Positions 1-7,468 of a stretch of 64,000 nucleotides of DNA are shown piece by piece. This stretch comes from Candidatus Moranbacteria bacterium UBA4824 (lineage in GTDB: Bacteria > Patescibacteriota > Minisyncoccia > Moranbacterales > UBA2206). Position 1 is the stretch's first letter. The number at the start of each line of letters is the position of its first letter. Position numbers and translations under genes: made by a program. Location of the stretch: the NCBI GenBank assembly GCA_002400405.1, contig DHFM01000046.1:11722-75721 (forward strand), in the 5' to 3' direction. The notes under the pieces are model-generated. The model was given only the letters and a program-made list of their open reading frames with translations. It did no database searches and was not told the DNA's origin.

Positions 1-31
1 TCATTTTCTGTGGTATAATTTATTTGCAATT

Positions 32-1063
32 ATGAAACTAAAAAACATCAACGCGACTCTACTTATATTAGTGGGCTTATTATGTTTAAGCTTAGCTTTT
101 TTTGTGAACGCCACTGAAAACTCCAATGGTACAAAAAACATTTTTCTTGACTCTGATCAAGATGGACTCACTGACGCGGAAGAAAAAACCTATGGCACTA
201 ATCCACAAAAAGCCGACACAGACGGTGATGGATACACGGATGGAGCCGAAGTTAAAGCTGGTTATGACCCGCTAAAAAAAGCCCCCGGTGATAAACTTTC
301 CACTTCTCAAACAGCTAGCGTTAAAGGTGAAAGTGTTTCTGAAAAACAAGTTGTAAGCGAAGAAAAACCCAATCTAACTCAAGAAACAGCGCAAAAAATA
401 TCCACCCTCACAAATGAATCTGCTATCCAAAATCAAGAAATTGGCACAGAAGAAATTCAAACACTTCTCGATTCTATTATGAACGGCGAAGATTTCAAAA
501 ATGAACTACCAGAAATTTCTCCAGATGAGATAAAAATTTTGAAACAAAATTATAGCAGTCTAAGCAAAGAAAAAGCCCAAGAAAAAATGAAAGAAGACGC
601 CGTTAACTATTCTGTGGCCATTCTCTATATTTTTGCCAGCAATTCTCCAGAACCACTCACATCTTCTACTGATGCGATTTCAATTCTAAATAAAACCGTT
701 CAAAAAATTATAACTTCTTTTGCCTCTGGCAATCCGGATGTTCTTAATGATTTAAGCATAAGTGGCGAAAAAATTTATGAACAATTAAAGGAAGTAAAGG
801 TACCGGAAGATATGGTTGATACCCAAATAAAAGCTTTGCAATATGCCTCTTATGCTCAAGATTTGAAAAATTTAATCAAGCTTGATCCGACTGATCCACT
901 GGCTAATTTGTCCAACTATTCCAAAATTTCAACTTTCGTAGGCAGTCTAAATGAATTTTATGATGAAATAAAAAGTAAGTTGGAAAGTTATGGTGTCGAT
1001 TATGGCGAAGTGCAAGATAAATTGGAAGACAAAGGAATTTCCGGAGATATTTTCGGAAGCTAA
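32..1063 (+). CDS. Secreted Asp-rich protein with thrombospondin-type-3-like calcium-binding repeats
   Basis: Long ORF. N-terminal signal peptide (MKLKNINATLLILVGLLCLSLAFFVNA). DxDxDG-type motifs (DSDQDGLTDAEE, DTDGDGYTDGAEV). Otherwise hydrophilic. Confidence 0.5.
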   Translation: MKLKNINATLLILVGLLCLSLAFFVNATENSNGTKNIFLDSDQDGLTDAEEKTYGTNPQKADTDGDGYTDGAEVKAGYDPLKKAPGDKLSTSQTASVKGESVSEKQVVSEEKPNLTQETAQKISTLTNESAIQNQEIGTEEIQTLLDSIMNGEDFKNELPEISPDEIKILKQNYSSLSKEKAQEKMKEDAVNYSVAILYIFASNSPEPLTSSTDAISILNKTVQKIITSFASGNPDVLNDLSISGEKIYEQLKEVKVPEDMVDTQIKALQYASYAQDLKNLIKLDPTDPLANLSNYSKISTFVGSLNEFYDEIKSKLESYGVDYGEVQDKLEDKGISGDIFGS

Positions 1064-1115
1064 GGTATGGCTACAAAATTACAAATTTTTACAAAAATAC
1101 AAAAGTACAAAAAAT

Positions 1116-2129
1116 ATGTTGTTTCGTTTTAGAAATAAACTCTCAAAAATAATATTCACCTTTCTAATATTGGGATTTTTTTGCTTTTCCGGCGCACCAA
1201 AATCTCAAGCAGCTTTTTGGCCAGCAGTTGACCCCGGAATTACCTCCGGTTTGCAAAAAATATTAGATATGGTTAATGGTCTTATCGTTGGCACCCTAAA
1301 ACAGCAAGCTGTGCGAATGCTCAGTATGCAAGTTGATATGTTAGCGGGGAATGGTTCCGGAGGTGAAGCATCTTTTATTGTCCATTGGGAAACTTATTTA
1401 AAAGATGAACCACAAAATGCCACCAACATCTATATGAATGACTACCTCAGTCAAATGACTCTGGGAAGAAACACCTCTTCACTCTATTCTGCCGAAGGTT
1501 TTTCTGGTGGCGCTGGCGGTAGTTATGCGTCACAACTAGGACAACTTAATCAAGTCCTAGCTAATGCAAAAAATCCCAATTCAGTTCCTAAATTGACCTA
1601 TGAAGGCGAACCCTCACAAATGCTTCAAAGTGGCAATTTCAAAAATATGGAACTCTATCTTTCCGGCGTAAATAATCCTTGGAGCTTCAAAATTGCGGTT
1701 AAAAGTGAACAACAAAAAATATACAAAGAAAAACAAAACGAAGCTATGGTAAAAGCTATGGCCTACCAAGGTTTTCGCGGAACTTTAAGCGATGCCAATG
1801 GCTCCATTTCCAATCCCGGAAGTTTAGTCAAGTCGGCTTTGGAAAATGCTCAAGATATGCCTAACAGAATCCTGCAAAGTGCTTCCACCATTCCCGAAGT
1901 AGCCACCGCTCTCGTCACTCAGATGATCAATCAAACCATCACCCAAGGTTTTGTGAGCGTTCGCAATAAAACCGCCAAATCCACCGCCAATGTCACCAAA
2001 TATACCAATGCTACTAATCAAGCTATGAATCAATACGGTCCGGCTGTGAGATTTGGAGCAAATACTGCTCAAGACATTCAAAATAAACAAGCTCAAAAAG
2101 CCCAAGATGACGCAGTGGCGAATCAATAG
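1116..2129 (+). CDS. Hypothetical secreted/membrane-anchored Gly-rich protein (T4SS-locus associated)
   Basis: ORF track gives 990..2129. The internal ATG at 1116 (MLFRF...FLILGFFCFSGAPKSQA) yields a signal peptide and avoids overlap with the upstream gene. Gly-rich segments present. No recognisable family. Confidence 0.4.
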   Translation: MLFRFRNKLSKIIFTFLILGFFCFSGAPKSQAAFWPAVDPGITSGLQKILDMVNGLIVGTLKQQAVRMLSMQVDMLAGNGSGGEASFIVHWETYLKDEPQNATNIYMNDYLSQMTLGRNTSSLYSAEGFSGGAGGSYASQLGQLNQVLANAKNPNSVPKLTYEGEPSQMLQSGNFKNMELYLSGVNNPWSFKIAVKSEQQKIYKEKQNEAMVKAMAYQGFRGTLSDANGSISNPGSLVKSALENAQDMPNRILQSASTIPEVATALVTQMINQTITQGFVSVRNKTAKSTANVTKYTNATNQAMNQYGPAVRFGANTAQDIQNKQAQKAQDDAVANQ

Positions 2130-2139
2130 AATCAAATAA

Positions 2140-2180
2140 TTTTCAAGTTTCAATTCTCAATTTTCAGTGAATTTTCAAAA
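2140..2180. repeat. Repeat family C half-copy (ttttcaagtttcaattctcaattttcagtgaattttcaa)
   Basis: Left arm of family C only. Immediately 5' of the four-helix-bundle gene. Confidence 0.5.
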
Positions 2181-2197
2181 ATAAAATTTTCAAAAAA

Positions 2198-2572
2198 ATG
2201 CCTGATAATAAAAATAAAACATATGATTTAGAAGAAAGAACGGCACTGTTTTCGGAAGAAGTAATAAAACAAATAAAAACAATTCCAATTACTCCAATTA
2301 ATAAATCCATATTATCCCAAATAGTCAGATCAGCAACATCAGTCGGAGCAAATTATTGTGAAGCCAACAATGCCAGCTCTAAAAGTGATTTTAGAAATAA
2401 AATATATATTTGCAAAAAAGAAATTAATGAAACAAAATATTGGCTAAGAATTCTGTCCAACACTAATCCTGAATTTAAAGAAAAAGCCAGAGAACTCTGG
2501 CAAGAAGCGCAAGAATTAAATTTGATTTTTCAGTCAATAGTAAATACGCTAAATGGGAAGAAGAAGAGCTAG
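2198..2572 (+). CDS. Four-helix-bundle protein (23S rRNA intervening-sequence protein family)
   Basis: 124 aa. Hallmark motifs of the family (RSATSVGANYCEAN..S..DF..K..I..KE..ET.YWLRIL). Flanked on both sides by copies of repeat family C. Confidence 0.7.
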   Translation: MPDNKNKTYDLEERTALFSEEVIKQIKTIPITPINKSILSQIVRSATSVGANYCEANNASSKSDFRNKIYICKKEINETKYWLRILSNTNPEFKEKARELWQEAQELNLIFQSIVNTLNGKKKS

Positions 2573-2573
2573 T

Positions 2574-2673
2574 TTGCAATTTTCAAGTTTCAATTTTCAA
2601 TTACCAATGTTTCTAGTTTGAAAATTTATTTATTGAAAATTCATTGAAAATTGAAACTTGTGAATTGAAAATT
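2574..2673. repeat. Repeat family C copy (inverted repeat arms ttttcaagtttcaattttcaat ... attgaaaattgaaacttgtgaattgaaaatt)
   Basis: Arms reverse-complementary over about 20 bp. Half-copy at 2140..2180 on the other side of the four-helix-bundle gene. Full copy at 13386..13503. Confidence 0.6.
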
Positions 2674-2686
2674 TTTTATAATACAC

Positions 2687-4807
2687 ATGCCCCAACAAAC
2701 ACAAAAAAAAACAAATCCCCGCAAAATTTTCCTAACTATCATTTTCATCTTAGTGATTGGTTTTGGTTTTGGGTTTGGGAAAGGAACTGAAGCACTGGCT
2801 GAAAATCTTGGAAGTCCGATACAAGATATCAACACTCTTAAAGAGGCAACTGGTGATGGTAATGCCGATTCCTGTGATTTTTTGTTTCATCCTATAGATT
2901 GCACTCTACTTGCTCTTTTAGATCTTTTTGTAAAGCTAACAACCTTAGCCAGCACTCTTTTCAAATGGATAATGGGACCTAATAATATTTCTTCTATTCT
3001 TAGTAGTAAAGCCATCTATGAAGGCTGGGCTTTGGTACGCGACGCTCTCAATGTTTCATTTATTATGTTTTTGCTTTTTTCCGCGTTTGCTACTGTTTTT
3101 CAAATTGACAAATATAGCTACAAAAAAACTCTTCTCACTATCGTCATTATGGCCTTGCTGGTCAATTTTAGTTTTCCTATTTCTCGTTTCATTATTGATG
3201 TTTCCAATATGATGATGTATTATTTTGCCGATACTCTAAGTATTGGCTCTGACAAAAAAGACATCATTGTTGGTTTTGCCGATATCGCCGATTTACCAAA
3301 CATACTGCATCCAAAAGTAGGCAATGACACAACCAGTCTTTTGGCAGCGGTCGTTTTTGCTTTTATCTTTATGATAACTATGCTCACTATTTCCGTTCTT
3401 TTTGTGATTCGTACTCTCGCCTTGGCAGTTTTGATTATTTTTTCTTCCTTGGCTTTTGTCGGCACGGCTGTTCCACCCCTAGCCAAACATTCCGGCGATT
3501 GGTGGAAAAAACTTTTCGACTATTCTTTTTTTGGTCCGATTATGCTTTTTATGATGTATATCGCCTCTTCTCTTATGAATGAAATTCAAAAAGATGGACT
3601 TATAAATATGACAGAATTATCTATTCAAAATACCAAATCGGGAGCTTATGTTGCTTCGCTGGCCTTTTTCTTTCTTCCAATTATTATCCTTTGGATCGGT
3701 CTCGGCATTGCTAAAGAAATGAGTGGCTCCGCCGGAAGCGCCATCGTCGGCAAAGCACAAGGGTTTATGAAAGGGGCAGGGAAGTGGACGGCGAGTCCAA
3801 TTACTAGTGCATATAAGGCTGGAAAATTTGGTGCTGGCGCATTGGTTAAAAAAATTGATCGTGATCACATCGGCGTTAGAGGATTTATCAAGGCTTGGAA
3901 AGATAGGTCAAGTGAAATCGATACAGATAAAGTTGCTACTCAAGCAGCTAAATCAAGAGATCGCATTAGTAATTTTCCTTTATTTTTCGATAAAGACAAA
4001 AGAGATCCTAATTATTATCGTGATGTTGATGATGCAAATAAAATCGCAAAATACAAAAAAGAACAAGATCTTTATTCCACAACTGATGTTGATTTGGTTG
4101 AAGGTATAAGAAAATTATCTGGGAAAAAAGATACCGAATCTGGACAAAGAATGCAGGCATTTTTTCAGACTTTGGCTGGAAACAAGGATCTTAATGAATT
4201 TGGAAAACTAAAATATGGTTATTTCGATCCAAATTTAACGAAAAACGATATCGCTAACACACTCAGAGAAAGTTTAAATGAAGAAGATGTTGTATCGGCA
4301 ATGCATGACCTTGAAGATATTAATATTATGAATGGTGTTTATTCTATGTATGGATTAACAACAATCGATAAAGAAACAGGAAAAAGAAGATTGACTAAGA
4401 GTAGCACGGAACAGGAAGAAGCTGTTATGGGAAAACTTAAAAATATTGACTATCAGAAGTTTATGATAAATTTCCACCCAGATTCAGTTATAACTGAAGC
4501 TAAGGATGGCAGTCCAACTGGTATTAGTAATATCGGAAAATCTATTTTAGAATATGTAGAATCAAGAGATGCTGAATTTGTATCTAGACTTCGAGGTGAT
4601 GCTAGAGATAAGATAAAAGAAGCCATCAGAATACACGATGAAAAAGCTGAGCCTGCAGATAAAATATCCACAAAAAATCCTGTGCTTATGTTTGAATTAA
4701 GCGGAGGGAAAAAAGGACAAGAGGCTAGAAAAGCAGCTATTTTAGCTAGAGAAGAAGTAAAACAAAAAGAAACTGAGCCTGTAGTTAAGATCAATAGCAA
4801 AAAATAA
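2687..4807 (+). CDS. Polytopic membrane protein, VirB6/TrbL-like candidate, with long hydrophilic C-terminal domain
   Basis: 706 aa. N-terminal signal/TM followed by at least 6 hydrophobic helices in the first ~350 aa, then a charged C-terminal half. Position is in a locus with VirB3/VirB4/pilin homologs. The family assignment is an inference. Confidence 0.35.
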   Translation: MPQQTQKKTNPRKIFLTIIFILVIGFGFGFGKGTEALAENLGSPIQDINTLKEATGDGNADSCDFLFHPIDCTLLALLDLFVKLTTLASTLFKWIMGPNNISSILSSKAIYEGWALVRDALNVSFIMFLLFSAFATVFQIDKYSYKKTLLTIVIMALLVNFSFPISRFIIDVSNMMMYYFADTLSIGSDKKDIIVGFADIADLPNILHPKVGNDTTSLLAAVVFAFIFMITMLTISVLFVIRTLALAVLIIFSSLAFVGTAVPPLAKHSGDWWKKLFDYSFFGPIMLFMMYIASSLMNEIQKDGLINMTELSIQNTKSGAYVASLAFFFLPIIILWIGLGIAKEMSGSAGSAIVGKAQGFMKGAGKWTASPITSAYKAGKFGAGALVKKIDRDHIGVRGFIKAWKDRSSEIDTDKVATQAAKSRDRISNFPLFFDKDKRDPNYYRDVDDANKIAKYKKEQDLYSTTDVDLVEGIRKLSGKKDTESGQRMQAFFQTLAGNKDLNEFGKLKYGYFDPNLTKNDIANTLRESLNEEDVVSAMHDLEDINIMNGVYSMYGLTTIDKETGKRRLTKSSTEQEEAVMGKLKNIDYQKFMINFHPDSVITEAKDGSPTGISNIGKSILEYVESRDAEFVSRLRGDARDKIKEAIRIHDEKAEPADKISTKNPVLMFELSGGKKGQEARKAAILAREEVKQKETEPVVKINSKK

Positions 4808-4812
4808 AATTT

Positions 4813-6081
4813 ATGATTTCATCTATTCTAGAACAACAAATAAAAAACTTTTCACAACTTTCTAATGAAGAATGTGCTTTGATAATTAAAAATAATTTAT
4901 TAGAAGCGTTAGAAAGTGATTTATATATCGACTGGGAAATCGTTGCTAAATTTATTATGACTCCCTATGCTGATAGAGAAGCACTTTGCAAAATTTTAAA
5001 TTCCTCTATTAGAAAAAACATTCAACTAATCGGTAATTTTACCATAAGCGACTGGATTAGAAAATATCAAGATCAGTATTTAGGAAAAGAGAGAAATCCA
5101 AATACATTTTTTGAATATGTTAATAATAATCCTGAGGTTAAAAAATTATCAAAAAAAGATCAATTAAAACTTGCTAGAATTCTAAGGATCTATGATTATC
5201 TTTTAGTTATTCCTATTGCTGACCTTGATGGTCCAGTATCAAATATTTTAAGATTTTCAATGCAATCAGAATCTACGCCTGAAGAAAAATTAGCACAGAG
5301 TAAATCTGAAAACCTAGACCAATTTATTCCGCAAAAAATAACTCTTGAAAAACTATCAATTTCTGAAGCGCTGAAAAAATTCCCTGAAATCGGCGAACAA
5401 CTTATCACCTCAACACATATCAAACTCAAAAGTTTTCCAGAGCCTGTTCGACCATCAATCAATAATTGGCTTTCTGACTACACTTTCAATCTAGGTTTTG
5501 AATCACATAGCGCCATGGATCGCGGGACATATTTGTTCCGCAATGAAAATGCCAAAGTTTTGAACTCAACTGACCGCGAAAAAATTTCCTATATTTTAAA
5601 AGCCTACGATGAAAATTCGTTGGTAGATGTGAATGTCAACACTAAACAAGTTGTTTTTCCAAAACGCGAGCAAGCTAAAATAATTTCCAATTTCTCCGCC
5701 AAAGGCGGATCCGCCTCGGGCGGACAATATCCAATATCCAATAAAATTTCTAATAATGAAATTTCCAATATCAAAACTCCTACAAAAAGTCAATTCCAAG
5801 AAATATATAATGCAAAAAAACAAACAGAACAACCAAAAGATATCTTCAAAGAAGAAAGAATTGCCACAGAAAACAGAAATGCAGGCAATATAAATTTCAG
5901 CTCTCCACAAAGAATGCCCTATGAAAAACAAACCATCCAGCCAATTCAACCCCAAAAACCAGCCCCAGCCCCCCAACCAATGCGAATTTCCTCGCAAAAC
6001 CTCCGAAATAATAGTGATAAACCCCGAACCAATCCTAATGTGCCAACAGGAAACATAGTTAATTTAAAAGACAAACAATAA
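4813..6081 (+). CDS. Hypothetical protein with Pro/Gln-rich C-terminal tail (T4SS-locus associated)
   Basis: 422-aa ORF 6 nt after the VirB6-like gene stop. No TM segments. C-terminal low-complexity region (QPIQPQKPAPAPQPM). Confidence 0.4.
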   Translation: MISSILEQQIKNFSQLSNEECALIIKNNLLEALESDLYIDWEIVAKFIMTPYADREALCKILNSSIRKNIQLIGNFTISDWIRKYQDQYLGKERNPNTFFEYVNNNPEVKKLSKKDQLKLARILRIYDYLLVIPIADLDGPVSNILRFSMQSESTPEEKLAQSKSENLDQFIPQKITLEKLSISEALKKFPEIGEQLITSTHIKLKSFPEPVRPSINNWLSDYTFNLGFESHSAMDRGTYLFRNENAKVLNSTDREKISYILKAYDENSLVDVNVNTKQVVFPKREQAKIISNFSAKGGSASGGQYPISNKISNNEISNIKTPTKSQFQEIYNAKKQTEQPKDIFKEERIATENRNAGNINFSSPQRMPYEKQTIQPIQPQKPAPAPQPMRISSQNLRNNSDKPRTNPNVPTGNIVNLKDKQ

Positions 6082-6187
6082 TCAGAACCACTGATTATCA
6101 CATGAGCTCACTTGATTTCACTGAACAGAAATTTCATTCATGTGTAATCAGTATAATCAGTGCTAATCAGTGGTTCAGACATTTATG
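6079..6187. repeat. Repeat family D copy 1 (about 105-bp structured intergenic leader 'cagaaccactgattatcac...taatcagtggttcagacatttATG')
   Basis: Near-identical to 6584..6693, with 2 substitutions. Fills the whole intergenic space from the stop codon to the ATG of the next gene. Internal inverted repeats (aaccactgatta / taatcagtggtt). Confidence 0.7.
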
Positions 6188-6583
6188 CTATTTAATGTGC
6201 CACAATTCATCGACATCGAAGACAAGATTGTCGGTCCGCTCACAGCCAAACAACTTGGCTGGCTTGGAATTGCTGGTGTTTTACTCTTGATTTTTTGGAG
6301 CACTCTGGTTTTTTCAACTTTTGTCCCTGTCGCTCTCATCACCTTGGCAATTTTTGGCGCCTTGGCCTTCTACCGACCCTACAACCAACCCCTTTTAAAT
6401 TTTCTAATGTCTGGTGTTAATTTTTTTATGAAGCCCAAGGTCTATGTTTGGAAACGATTTTATGATAATATAAAAACAGTCAACCGAACACCACAAAAAC
6501 CTAAAGAAGAAATTATCGTTAAGAGAAAAGTTTTAGATAATGAAAAAATTAGAGAATTGACGGAAAGACTAAATAGAAAATAA
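6185..6583 (+). CDS. PrgI family / VirB3-like small membrane protein
   Basis: About 132 aa. Motif F.VP..I...DKI.GPLTAKQL followed by two TM helices, typical of PrgI/VirB3-like proteins. The ORF-track GTG start at 6170 lies inside repeat D, so ATG 6185 is preferred. Confidence 0.55.
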   Translation: MLFNVPQFIDIEDKIVGPLTAKQLGWLGIAGVLLLIFWSTLVFSTFVPVALITLAIFGALAFYRPYNQPLLNFLMSGVNFFMKPKVYVWKRFYDNIKTVNRTPQKPKEEIIVKRKVLDNEKIRELTERLNRK

Positions 6584-6693
6584 ATAATCAGAACCACTGA
6601 TTATCACATGAGCTCACTTGATTTCACTGAACGGAAATTTCGTTCATGTGTAATCAGTATAATCAGTGCTAATCAGTGGTTCAGACATTTATG
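6584..6693. repeat. Repeat family D copy 2
   Basis: Direct repeat of 6079..6187, again running from a stop codon to the next ATG. Confidence 0.7.
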
Positions 6694-7377
6694 GAAATAT
6701 TACACTCAAAAAAACTCTCCACCGAACCATCATCTTCGCCAACGCAGAAGTATTTGGATGTGGCGGAGGTTAAAGATGATACGATTATCTTGAAATCAGG
6801 CGCGCTTCGCTCTGTTTTAGCTGTGTCAGCCATCAATTTTGATTTGAAATCCACCGATGAACAAACAGCCATCATCAACCAATACCAAAATTTTCTCAAT
6901 TCTGTGGATTTTCCCATTCAAATACTTGTGAGCTCGCGAAAACTGGATATGCGAACTTATTTCGACTATATAACCAGCAAAGAAAAAACCCAACACAGTG
7001 AATTGCTTCGGATGCAGTTGGCAGAATACAAAAATTTCATTGAACAACTCGTGAGTGGTTCCAATATTATGGAAAAAAATTTCTATATTATCGTGCCTTT
7101 TTCTCCGATTGAGAATAAGGATAAAGGATTTTTTTCTAATATCGGGAGTCTAATGAATCCGCAAAAAAATATTATTGAAAAAAACACCAATTTTGAAACT
7201 TACAAAAACCAGCTTTTTCAAAGAGTTGACCATATCATCGCCGCTCTTTCCGGCATTGGACTACGCATCGCCCCGCTCAAAACCGAAGAACTGATTGAAC
7301 TATTATTCAATTCATATAACCCGGAAATTTTCAACGCATCAGAATTGAAGGATGTGGAGAAATTAGAATTACAATAA
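6691..7377 (+). CDS. virB4: VirB4/TrbE-family protein, N-terminal fragment (split gene, part 1)
   Basis: DDTIILKSGALRSVLAVSAINFDLKSTDEQ matches the conserved N-terminal segment of Gram-positive-type VirB4 (PrgJ/TcpF-like). Ends at a stop 92 nt before the ATPase-part ORF. Confidence 0.55.
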   Translation: MEILHSKKLSTEPSSSPTQKYLDVAEVKDDTIILKSGALRSVLAVSAINFDLKSTDEQTAIINQYQNFLNSVDFPIQILVSSRKLDMRTYFDYITSKEKTQHSELLRMQLAEYKNFIEQLVSGSNIMEKNFYIIVPFSPIENKDKGFFSNIGSLMNPQKNIIEKNTNFETYKNQLFQRVDHIIAALSGIGLRIAPLKTEELIELLFNSYNPEIFNASELKDVEKLELQ

Positions 7378-7379
7378 AA

Positions 7380-7445
7380 TTTACGAAAATACGAATCTAG
7401 CGAAAGTACGAATTCGTAATTTAGTTTAATTCGTATTTTCGTAAA
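7380..7445. repeat. Repeat family A copy (66-bp element with perfect 17-bp terminal inverted repeats tttacgaaaatacgaat/attcgtattttcgtaaa and central palindrome tacgaattcgta) separating the two VirB4 ORFs
   Basis: Terminal inverted repeats confirmed by reverse-complementing. Near-identical copy at 63549..63614. Related TACGAAT arrays at 21939, 37855 and 52368. Confidence 0.65.
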
Positions 7446-7468
7446 TAATAAAACACAAAAAAACATCC

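Noticed and set aside
990-1115. ORF-track N-terminal extension of gene 990..2129 overlapping the upstream gene by 74 nt
   Set aside because: The extension lacks a signal peptide and overlaps the previous CDS. The internal ATG at 1116 gives a canonical signal peptide.
1824-2153. Antisense ORFs embedded in long genes (e.g. 1824..2153-, 3220..3486-, 4453..4800-, 5596..5997-, 36025..36399+, 43554..43934+, 43784..44179+, 47358..47783+, 49587..49802+, 50235..50468+, 51516..51752+)
   Set aside because: Each lies wholly inside a well-supported gene with recognisable conserved motifs on the opposite strand. They have no start context and low-complexity composition. Treated as spurious.
6102-6290. ORFs 6102..6290 and 6608..6793 (MSSLDFTE(Q/R)KF...), near-identical 'paralogs'
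   Set aside because: Both lie inside the two copies of the 105-bp repeat D and read through its inverted repeats. Identity is due to the nucleotide repeat and not to a conserved protein.
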